DNA from: Chara braunii
Taxonomy: Eukaryota; Plantae; Charophyceae
Direction: 5' to 3'
NCBI GenBank assembly: GCA_003427395.1
Contig: BFEA01000042.1
Span: 1,988,048-2,051,987 of the forward strand
DNA: 63,940 bases
Part shown: in pieces, positions 22,731 to 34,355 of the stretch
How positions within the stretch are numbered: position 1 is the stretch's first letter
How the letters are laid out: every line of letters starts with the position of its first letter
Program-made: the position numbers and the translations under genes
The notes under the pieces: model-generated
What the model was told of the DNA's origin: nothing
What the model saw: the letters and a program-made list of their open reading frames with translations, nothing else
Databases searched by the model: none

Positions 22731-24974
22731 GTGGAATTAGGTTATTTTCGACAGGTGGCGCTAGAGAGTGTTATATGGAGGTGTGCTATGGAGGTTTATC
22801 CCCCATATGCTGATGATTTTAACCTGGGCATTTGACCTATCTTGTGTTACAGGTCCTTTGGTTTGTCTGATTCAAGGTCAGGACTAGATTCAGCTTGATC
22901 CCTTGAGGATCATTATCTGTTATCACTGATAACAGGTTGGTTGCCGATTCGTCGGTTTACGACTCAATTCTAGCTTACCCTCCACACCCATCCTAAAAGG
23001 TTTTAGCCCTGGTGATTTTCTTTGTTTCGTTATGGTTTCACTCGGACTTTTATTGAATGACCATTTAACAAAGGTACTCAGTAATTTTATTAAGGTTGGT
23101 TGGACAGGAGGTTTGGGGCTTGCATGGCTAAAGTGAGGGGTATGAGTGTTGAAGATGGTTGGGGTTGACTCCGTGTAGTGCGTGGGCGGTTGATTGACTC
23201 GTTGGTGTGATTCGCAGGTATGTGCTATGAATCAGGTTTTGGATGAGGTTGTCTGGGATCACATGTATACGTATGGTTGTGATGGACCCCCCATGAGACT
23301 GTGAGAAGTGATCGTCACATACTTCCCCCTGTTATATATATGTATATATGGGTATACTTGGGATGAATATTTGCATTGGCTAAGGGGTCCCGTATTAAAA
23401 GTCTGCTCAGGGGTTAAGACTAAGAGGCGTAGGGAAGACCCTTCCCTTTCATTTGTTTTACTTCTTAAAGGATTTTCTTGATCGGACGTTAGTCCTGGGC
23501 CGGGATTCGAGGTCCTTGTTGAGGACATCCCAAGCCCTAGGCTTTGCAGAAAAGGGGTTTTCCCTCGCACAGAGCCTATTTGCCTTGCCTATCGAGACTC
23601 TCAGACCAAAGGCCGGAGGTCTCGCGGCGGCTGCCCGACTATTCCTTCAGCCGTGCAATGTCGGGAAGGATTAGATCCTCACGACACCTCGAGTCTGACA
23701 CTTGAGTATCATAAGCAGTACCCGGATCCACGAGTGACCGCTTGACTATGGGCACTACATAGTACGCCATCGTTGCGACTGCATGCGTACGCCTGCATTG
23801 CGGGTTGGTATGAGATAGGTCCTCAGCTGCGCGACTTAATACTAAAATCCCGCGCGCGACGTCCTACCGCCCTAGTGTGTAAAAAGTTATGGGACTACAA
23901 GGGGACTGACACATATGGGCGAATGTTTGAAATTGTTATAGGCCGCTAACGCCGCGCGAAAAAGGGAGGGTATCCCAGGGCTATGATTTTGTTTACTAAG
24001 CGGGGAGCCTTCGGCCTATTCCTTATCGTTTGCTCTTTGGAGTTTTCATAGTTGGACGTTATAGTCCGTGGCAGCCGTCAAAGTCAAACCCCTTGATGTT
24101 CGACTGCCACGACAGCTCAAAGCTGTCTACTCAACCCCTTTGCACAGGGTGCAGAAGAGGGAGTGGTCTTCAACCGTGCATGGCGGTTGTCTAGCGTCAA
24201 GAGATTAACCCTCAAGGCGCGTGTCAGCCGACACTTGAGTGTCGAATGCGACCCTCGCGATTAACGGGGACCGCGTGAGTTTGGGTACCACATGACCCGC
24301 CATCATTTTGACCACTTGCGTACGTTTTGCATAGCAAATCGATATGAGTCTGCCCTACGTCCGCCAGGATTTAAATTAAGTCTCGCACATGACACCTATC
24401 CGATTTCCATATCGGGAAGTTATGGGGCGGCTACCGAGGGGCTAGGAGCATTGTCGCGTTGTTTATATTGTGTTGCTTCGTATTTGTGTGTGTAGGTTTT
24501 ATTGTTGTGTTCGTAAAGTGGTATGCGCGTGGTGTGTGGGATGCGTCCTAGTCGACCGACGACGAGCCGCGCTTGGGACTTCAGCCCCCCATGATGCCGG
24601 TTCGCGTATGGGTCCGATAGAGGCGTATTCCTGCGCGTATCCCCTATGCTACAGCGAATGAGAAACGCCCTCGGCTGGTCCACCTCTGCGATTGCAACTG
24701 ATTAGCTTTCGTACTGTGGACTGGTATCTCGGCGGGGATACGCCCACCGAAGGAAGGTGACAGCTCCCGTAAGGTGTAGGTAAGCTGTGCCTCGCGTAGG
24801 CCCTATCCTGTCGTAGGGGCTCGCGAGAGGTATGGCTGGCGCACTCGGCCGGAGCGTCTTATGGAAGCTCCATGTATATTCGTGACGAAGGATTGTTAAC
24901 CAACTCCTGCGTGACGTGGCGGGGAGGGTCTCGCGCTGCCCTGGTGCGGTGCCGGACCGACGTGCACGACACCG

Positions 24975-25355
24975 TTCCTAAGAACCCGTCGTTGCAATCT
25001 CATATAATGTCTGATACCCGAAACTTTTTGCTAAAACGGGTCGACAACGGGTATGTCATGGGTGATTGAATCCAGTTGCAATCTCAATTTATGCGGCCCG
25101 GCTAGCGAACCGGCACACAAACCGACGCACCACGAACATAGTATTAAAAATAAAACGTGTACATACACACACGAAACAACAGAAAACAACATAACAACAG
25201 CGGCCTCCGCTCGCCACCATCCCTAAGAACCCGCCGTTGCAATCTCATATAATGTCCGATGCCCGAACCTTTTTGCTGAAAGGGGTCGACAATGGCCATG
25301 GGTGATCGAATCCAGTTGCAATCACATATAATGCGGCCCGGCTCACAAACCGGTG
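24975..25355. repeat. ~135-bp direct duplication
   Basis: CCTAAGAACCCG.CGTTGCAATCTCATATAATGTC..GCGGCCCGGCT occurs at ~24976 and ~25222. Confidence 0.85.
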
Positions 25356-25819
25356 CACTGGGGGGAGGGGGCTGAAGTACGTATCCTGCTCACTACGAAC
25401 TATGCAGTGCCCATAATCAAGCGCACAATTTGCGTGTTGATGGGCCCGGAGCACTCGAACAAACCTGGAGTTTATTTTGAGTTGTCGAGCGAAGGCCGCT
25501 CCAAAAGGCTACCGTGAAGATAGCCTACAAGGGAGAACTTCGAACACCGTTGGTGTGTTAGGGTGGTTGAGGTTGGGTGGGGTGTGTGTGTGTGCGTGTG
25601 TGTGTGATGGGTCCAGTACTCCAAGCGCTGGCAGTTGACCCATATCACTGCCCACTTAGCAACACTTATTAATGATTGTTTCGATTTATTCTTATTTATG
25701 TCGCTCCAACATGAATTCCGGCTTTGTTACAAAAAGTGAACAATCAAAAGGTTCACTTTTAACGAAATGTGTATTTGCCACAATTGGCAGGAGACAAAGA
25801 CACAGTTGGTGCCAACTTA

Positions 25820-28550
25820 CCTATTTTGACATTGTCATTCGAAGACTCTGACAGGTTTCTAGCAAAGGGACCAGTTCCTTATATGTCTCCTCCAGGAAAT
25901 CCTCTGAATGGCCAGGGAATTTTAGTATGAGATTTTTGAGTAGCCATTCTGCTACATTTTGGACATCTGATGCTTGGGCTCCTGGCTGTGCCCGTGATGG
26001 GTCAGTATTGGTGTTTCTTTGTGGAGGAGGTGCGCCTGGGACTGGGTCCAGTTCCATCGGTTGTAGCCCAAGACATCTTTCAATGGATCAAGGTCTATTG
26101 GTTCCGGTTCTTGTTTGTTGCTTGACCCATTTGACGCGCTCGAAGAAGCTTCCAGGACATGTTTTCTTCTACCATCAGTGTTTTTAGTCTCCTTGTCTTG
26201 TTGATGTTTTTGACTTTGTTTCTTTATTTGTTCCGCTGCTATGCTTTGTATTCTTTCTTCCTCTTCCCCCTCTTCTTTGCTCAGGGGGCTGAAACGATTA
26301 CCTGTCGGGATGTATGAAGTTGTCGTTGGCCCAATCTGACCCTTCTATTTGTTTTGGATGACTCATTTGGTTGTTTACCCTTATTTCCATTCCCTTGCCT
26401 CCGAACTTTATCTCCAACAGGAGGTGGGGATTGGTTTTTGGGAAGTTGGTAAGACCGAACTTGTCGATCAGGACCGTGTTGTAATTGTTAATTCGGGTTT
26501 TTATTCTGATGGTGGTCTTTGTGACTGGCGAGGGTCACGCCCTGCTTTCCCAGATCCATCTTATGGGCTGACCGGTTGAAGAGAGGTCCTCCACATACAC
26601 CCACCTGTTGAAGCCTGGTGTACTAGGCAACCATCTATTTGCTCGGAGAGGGTCTCTTTTCAACATATTTTTCGTACTTACTTTCTTTTTGTGTAGCATC
26701 GTGTTCGGGTTCGGTGAGCGAACCCGAACGTTCGGGACCGAACACGAACGAGCGCCGAAACTGTCCGAACGCGAATATAACAATATTAAAAAAAAAAAAA
26801 AAAACGTTCTCCAAAAAATCTGAAAAAATATATGTTATGTAAAATAATAATACAAACAACTTTTGCCTTGGAGGTATGGTCAAATTCGTAACCAAACTCG
26901 AGTTAAAAATGAAAAACCAATTTTTTATTTATTTATTTTTTAATATGTTTGGCCAAACACGTTCGGGTGGCGTTCGACAAAACACCCGAACATATTCGGA
27001 CGTTCGAAAAAGCTCCGAGCATGTTCAGTGTGCTACACAACTTTCTTTTGAGGGTGTAGTGGACAGGTTGCTTAAGTGCAAAGATGTCCATATGCCCGAC
27101 ACTTATAGCACCAAGGTCTAACTTGTGTGTTGTGTGGATCCGATAAAACCTTTCCCCCATTTTAAATAAAATGATGTCGTCTAGGGAGAAGGGCTGGTCC
27201 TTGGGGAGGTCTAGTGCCAACATCACGTAGTCGTCCTTTTAGCCACATATGTTGGTAGTGGGTCAATGAAATCAACTATCTTATATTGTTGTCCGAAGTC
27301 ATGAATGAAAACTGCTTGTATCTCCTGTATCTCTATCGAGATGTATCTTAGTTCAACCCAGTAGTAGTCCCTCATCAATTGGTCTCTTCTTTCTTCTGGG
27401 CCTATCCTTTTTGGCAGCCAAGGATAGATACAGATATCGGACTGGTTCAACTGAAGTTTTCGCCAACTGTCCATTTTGCCTTTGTCCTATTCAAAAGACT
27501 AAGAATAGTGAAGACAGTCAGCGACATCGGTTGAATCAGGAAAAATTCTTGGACAGCCTCCGGATTGTCTTTTATCGTTTCTAGTATTTTACACAACCAT
27601 TTGATTTTGTCATTGACTGTTCTATATGCACTATCATCATAGAAGATCCAATTACTCTCGTGCTTAGTCTACTACTTTTTGTTCTAACTTGTCTACCGGA
27701 TATGATTTCATCATCATTTTTTTTCCTCCTTGGTCCACTACTTTTTATTCCGAAGGTAGAAGAAAAAGTGAGAGGAAATATGCATGTGCAAGTGATAGAT
27801 TCCTGAGAGGTACTTTGAGTTTTTCTGTAGGTAAACCCGATTCACTGACCGATGGTCTCAATAATATTATGGTTAGAGACTTACCTTCGAGACACTCCCT
27901 GACTCTCTTTGCCCATGATCATGGCAGGATGGTTGTCCTGTGAATTGTGCGGATTGGGTGGTCTGCTGGGATCATTGCGAAGAATCAGTTATGTCTCGTG
28001 TTCTTTTGTTTGCCTCTGACAATCTTTCTTCCTCCATCAGGACCCCTCCGTCCCCCTCACTCATTGTCATTTTCTGTGCAGGTGGTTCTTCAGATTCTGA
28101 TGATAATTGTTTCTCCTGCCCCTGCGTTGTTGTTGTTGTCACACTGTGTGTTTGAAAGGAGTGATAGATTTGTGAGAGGGGGAATGGTTGGGGGGAATGG
28201 GGAGAGGGGAGAAAAGGCGGTCCAACCATATTCGTTTGTTCCCCATCCCTCATTCCCAATCCATAAGGGTTATCATTCAGTGGGTTGTGTGTTGTTTGAA
28301 CCTGCATTGCTGCTGCAGTTCCCCCAGTTGTTGTTTTCGGTCAAATTTTCATATTCCTTGAGGTTGGGGATACTGGTCGTGCGTATGGGCAGGACCCAGC
28401 TGTTTGAACACATTGTGACGCATTGCACTCTGGTAGGAAAGGAGGGACCCTGCTCCTTTCGCCTTTCCATACCACGGCCTCATTTTGAAGGCAGTAACTC
28501 GTTCATAAATAATATGACGAGATTCTTAGGATGAAGTTATTTTGTGTTAT
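25820..28550 (-). mobile_element. Decayed L1-type LINE ORF1 region
   Basis: The minus strand near 27060-27117 reads PWCYKCRAYGHLCT*ATCP (CCHC knuckle) after a broken ORF and before a disordered tail. A pyrimidine-rich putative leader lies at 28600-29200. Confidence 0.55.
26690..27039. mobile_element. MITE (TIR TGTGTAGCA..TGCTACACA, 8-10 bp TSD ACTTTCTTTT)
   Basis: The flanks 26680-26689 and 27040-27049 are identical, and there are multiple CCGAAC/GTTCGG subterminal motifs. Confidence 0.85.
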
Positions 28551-31500
28551 GGCTTTCATATTCTAATTTCTTTCCTAATAATATTGTTGTGAATATGTAA
28601 TCTCGTAATGGTGAAGATTGGTGGAAAGGGAAGAAGGTAAGGCGGGGGAGGGGGGGGGATAGCGAGTGGGAAGAGGAGAGGAATCAGAGAGAGTGAGGTA
28701 GAGGAAGGAAGGGGTGAGGTGTCGATAATTTGCGTGGAGGTGGGTGGGAGCAGTGGGATGGAGCAGGGAAAAAATGTGTGATAGAGGAGGTTTGCGGAAC
28801 TTAGAAAAAGGTCAGGGGGAGCAAAAGACAATGTAAAGGAGGGAGGGTGAAGGTAATAGGAATAAAATGAAAATGAGGGGGAGGAGGGGTAGAGGTAAGT
28901 CCAGATGTAACGAGGGACAATGGGGGGGGGGGGGGGGGGGGAGAATAGGGAGAATGAGAATATGGTAGTTGAATTTTGTTGCTTGTGAAGATTGAAGACG
29001 CGCTTGGGAGATAATGATGAAAGGTAGGTACTACCTAGCTTTTAATTTATTATTGCTATGGACCTATGTATAAATAATATAAATATATTTAATTGTTCTG
29101 CTTTGGAACTTGGTTTCTTTGGCGTTGACTTGTGTACCCACTCAGGGGTGTTAAGGAGGGTAAGGTAGGGAAAGAAGGAAGAGGTTGAAAAAGAAGAAAA
29201 CACACCTATATTGCTGCTTTATATCCCGATTTGTATCTTGATGAAAATCCGATTGTATCTGTGATCCAACTATGCATCCACTCTTTGTCAATGGTTGAAC
29301 GATCCTCTGTCTTGAATGTATCTTTCCTCCTTTTTATCCTTATCCTCCTCTCCTTCCTTTCTCCTTCTTATCCTCCCTTATATTATGAGAGCGCTAATAT
29401 CCATACCAGCGATTATCATTCAATCTTACCATACGGAAACCGTTCAAGTCTGACAAGACCCTCCGCCTCATAATCCGCACGTCGGAATTTGCCCACAGTG
29501 ACCTGAAACTTGTCCTCTTTGGTAGAATAGTTATGTGCTTAGATGCTTCTCTCCTTTGCTGTGTATTGAAATCTTAATGATCGTGTCATTGTCCACCTTC
29601 CACTCTTCGTTTTCCTTTTGGTTGACTTCGTTGATCTCCCTCAGTGTTGAATAGCGTCAACCCTCCTACAGTCTCACACAGTACAGGCTTCGTTAAGACA
29701 AACGAGAAAGGTCGCGAAGTACTTCTTTTCGTTTTTGTGTAGTCTTGATGATCGTCCTCCACCATCCACACTTAGATATCCTTCAATGCTGACTACTCTA
29801 ACCTCTTTGATATGCGTCAACACTCCTATATGCTACCTCTGTCTACTCATCTTTACGACTTGTCGCCTACTCTGACGCATAAGCTCTCTGTGTGGACTGT
29901 GCCATCATCCTTTAACCACATTGTAGTCTAGCCAGTAACGTCAGTATTTGCCCACATTGACCTAATCTGGACCAGCTAGCATATCGAATCTTAATAACCG
30001 TGTCGGCGTCCACTACTCTCACTTCATTTCCTTGCTGTTTACTTCACTGATCTCCTTTCGGTGTTGACCAGCATCTATCCTCCTAGGTCGCACACGGTAC
30101 TAGCTTTGTTGTGACCCAAGAGAAAAGTCGCAAGATGCTTCGCGAAATCGAGTATCATCTATTGACGAGGCCGTCCTGAGTCATTTCCAACAGCCACGTC
30201 AACCTATAACATGGTTAGAGTTAGCGCCCTTTCCAATTGTGTGTGTGATAAGCGACAAAGTCTTCCCTTCTCTCTAGATTTGGTATGATCAATTGAAATT
30301 CTTGATGGTCGTGTCGTCCCACACCATCCACACTTCGATATCCTTAAGGCTGACTTCGTTGTTCTTCTTTGGTGTTGACCTGCGTCAACACTCCAATGGT
30401 CGCACACAACACTATCGTCGCTGTGACCAAGGAGACAAGTCGTGAAATCTTGAAGCACCTGTTGATAAGGCGAGACCGTCTCAGATCAACTGAATCAGCC
30501 ACGTTAGTCTGTGACGTGGCCAGAGCTAGCACCCTATTCAATCTCGTGTGCGTTAAGCAACAACAACCTACTCGGTCTGACCAATGTACTATTTTTTAGT
30601 TTTTGAATTTTAACTCGAGTCTGGTTGGGAATTTTGATATGACTCCCATGTAAAATTTGTTTGTATTATTATTCTGCATAAAATATGCGTCCTCCCTGCG
30701 TATGTGTACCATACGTTACCTAGGTGTACATAGTGTACAAAAGGATTCACTGAAGACAGTAGCCATGAGGGTAGCTCGCACTGGGACTTTCTTAACTGAA
30801 AATTTAAAATTGAATTGAAAACTCTAAATACAAAGTAGTTGAAGTTTACATATCACAGTGAAACCACGTTGCACCAGCATGGGAGTACCGTGCTACAAAC
30901 CTTCTCCTCTTACTGCTCAGTCAGAGGGGGAGCATCCACTCTCATCTACCTTTATACCCAAAAAGATAACTCGCTCACCCGGTATCGTATCGCATGACAT
31001 TCGTGTACCGTGAAAAATGAAAATTTTTGGAAACCACGTTTTTCAGGTCAGACTTACTGCTACTGTTCTCACTTTCCTGCTGAGAGTTGTGGTCCTTAAG
31101 AATATTTGCAAAAACATTTTTTAACATAGATCCAGTGACGGGTTAAAAAATGTCATATTTTATCGAGTACCGATATAATGCGATATTCGGCCGCTATGCC
31201 AGAGTCTATCACCTGGTCGCATGTGATATTAGCTAAGGACAAATTTATCTTCACACAGTCTCCGGATTTTGTGTTAAGAGATACTGGACTCAGTTTCCAA
31301 TAGGTGTGGCTCACTGGCTCCCCACTTATAGATGAAGCAGCCGGGTAGGCAAGGCCTCAATCTCGGTGGTTCTCTTACCACTACCGGGATAGAGGCCTTG
31401 CACAAGGGCCTCTCAATCAGCACCTCTTCCTACCCCACTAGGTGTACCCGTCCCACCTGACCTCTTTCTCCTGGTAGGCCCACCCAGTCCCCTTCCTCCA

Positions 31501-34355
31501 ACCTCGGTCGTTTCTCCAGAATGGTATACCATGCTATGGGAAAACTCTCAATCATGTTTTCTAACATCGTCTGAGTTTGATGACAATACCTTAACCACCC
31601 TCTCATTTCGTCCGCGCTCTTCCAGTCCTTTGTATTTGGGACCAAAAATCTCCCACGCGCGGCACCCATGCTTTACCCAACCCTTCCATGGGGAGTCCGA
31701 AATGCATCTTACCGTTCCGTGGGAGTCCGTGACTCACCTATTTCCAAACAAAGGTTGTCTATAGACCTCCTCCCACCTGTTTGGTGTTGGCCTGCAGGGG
31801 ATTGGGAATTTTCTCCATGTCCTCAAGAAGAGCAACCAAAACTCTTCCACCGGATCTCCATTTCTGTATTTCCTCGGGATCTTTCAATATCTGTCCTCTA
31901 TCCAGATCATCCAGTTGACCTTGGGGGGGGTATCCAGGGCCAGGACTTCTAGATATGCCATGGCCATGGGGCCCAGGGGGAGGAGGGAGAGAAATCATGC
32001 CTGAGTCCACCGTAGACTCAGAGCCTGAAATTTGGTAGTGGGATCAATAATCCCCATCCCACCTCCAGCTTTGGGTTGGATTACCGAATCTCACGCTACT
32101 CAGCTTATCGCATGCATTATTCCGTTGTTTCCCCTCCACATAAAAGTTGCCAGTTGTTGTTTGAGGGCTCTCAACCCTTGCTTGCTCAAAGGCCACAACA
32201 CCGACGTGTACCGTGTTGATGCCAACACAACGTTGTTAATAACAAGGGCCCGTCCAAGAATCGACGTGTGTTTGTTGACCCATCCTGACAACTTGCCTTG
32301 CGTCGAAGCTTTTATCCAGTCATTGTTGGTAACCAGCTTGCCTCTCGCCATCACTGATGCTCCTAGAAACCGCAAGGGGGCCTTCGAAGGCAGCCACATG
32401 ATGCACGGATTTTCCGGGGGCCTCGCCCTCTGGTGGTGCAGCCACCACCCCGCCATGTTTTGTCGCAAGTTGACGGCCATGTTGGACAACCCACAAACGT
32501 GGTCCATTAGGTTTTGGATTTCTTCTATGTTGCGGGCGCTTGCTTCCATCAGAATATTGAGGTCGTCCGCGAAGAGAGAGCGGACTAGAACTGCCTCTTC
32601 CGGGAGCCCTGCGATCGTGATATACGTGATATTTTTATTTTCCCTCAAATTTGCCGACAAGGCCTCCATTATCACAACGAATAGGAAGGGGGCTATGGGG
32701 TCCCCTTGTCTGACCGATCGATGTAGGGTGAATTGTGGGGCCATTGAGCCATTTACCTGAACGCTGGTGGTAGCATTAGTGTGCAAGATGTTGATCCAAC
32801 GCCGGGACAACGGGTCAATGTTAATTTTTCTAAGCATTTGTTTAAAAAGAGTCAGTCGACATGGTCATAAGCCTTTTCAAAGTCAATGAAAATAATAGCA
32901 GCATTGGATCTGCCCCTTTGTATCAGTTTAAACACCTCGTTAACCAACATGATATTCTCTTAAATATTCCTGTTGGCCATAAAACCGGTTTCGACAGGGT
33001 GAATGATGTTCTCTAAGAGTGCCATTATTTTGTCTGCCAAGGTTTTTTAGAGCATTTTGTAGACCACGGTGAGAAGGGTGATGAATCTATAATTTTAAAT
33101 GTTAAGTTAGTCACATTTTTTGTGCAGCAGAGTCAAGACTCGTCTCCCCACTGCCTCTCCAAAACCACCGGCTTCCCACATATCTTGGTAAAAGTTTCAT
33201 AAGTCTGGTTAAGTTCATAGTCGTAATAGTCGTATTATCACAAAGCCAAACATCGAAGATGTTCAAACTTGCAAAGTATACAACATCATTGAATGTTTTT
33301 GTTTCAAAAAGATAGGAAGAATACAAGTTGGAGTGCGTCGCCGACGCGTTTCGATGGACACCGCCATCTCATTTGGGGGTTTCCCACCACCTCCCCCACA
33401 CTAGTCAAGCTCCCCTTCCAACCCTCTCTCGTCCTTCGCTGCAATAGGTCTCCGGAGACCATAAGCAGACTCGGTCGTTAGTCCTGACAATACAACACAC
33501 AATAAATGCTAATATAGTCTAAACTACCGGGTCACAAACCGCAAACCAAAAACACTTACTACGGGTCCACACCGCTTGGTCCCATGCCTGGTTCCGAACC
33601 GCGCCCGGCTACTCACAGAAAACGAAAAAAGTAAAAATGGAAATCCTGGCACAGTGCCAAGCGATCCGGGTACGACACTCACAAAAGAAACTGAAACGGG
33701 TCATGCTGGTTGGTCACCGCCAAGGCCTCCCTTGGTCATAAGCCGGGCCTGACTGCCTACTTCACAAGCCAACATAGAAACGACGAACTAGAAGAATGAC
33801 TGAAACGGTTCCGTCGCGGTGACGTGCTATCAAGGTACCCTATGTCCTAATAGCCGATCAAAGTCAAGTAACTGGACATTACTCCGACCACCTGACACCA
33901 ATCAATTAAGCAAAGAGAATGAAAGGTTAAAGCATAGTGACGTGCTGTCGAGGTACCCCTGTCCTAATATCCTAATAGCCAAACAAAACCAAAAGCTCTG
34001 TAATACTCCGACTCTGTCTGACACACAATCCAATCACGCAACACAATAGACAAATCGTAGTGGCGACTACAAAAATGGGCAAAGCAATGTCTACGCCCAA
34101 CTGTGTATCTTATCCTACTGCTGCACAAAACGCACAGTATATTGCCATATCTCGCCACGCCTCACCGCGAAGTGCTTCAGTACGCGATGGATTTTTTTTC
34201 TCGGAAAGTCCTTCTTCGCTAGCTCTCGTTTCAAAGTCAGAACCCGCTGAGGTATCTCAGACCGGATCGTGGTATTCCGGTCAATTTGATGCAGATATCC
34301 ACTAACCACGACGCTCTTTTGCCTTTTGCATCCCCAAGAAAGGAAGGATTGTCCA

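Larger units (their letters stand above)
16243..24970 (+). mobile_element. Long ORF-less LTR-like element, copy A
   Basis: Collinear blocks are shared with copy B: 16305-16480/43525-43705, 17870-17950/46140-46240, 20406-20680/55307-55580, the hairpin arrays, 22160-23320/58385-59280 and 24050-24930/61520-62390. Confidence 0.6.

Noticed and set aside
24500-24970. Group II intron
   Set aside because: The region is structured, but I found no domain V (AGC/CGC triad hairpin) or convincing GUGYG..AY boundaries.
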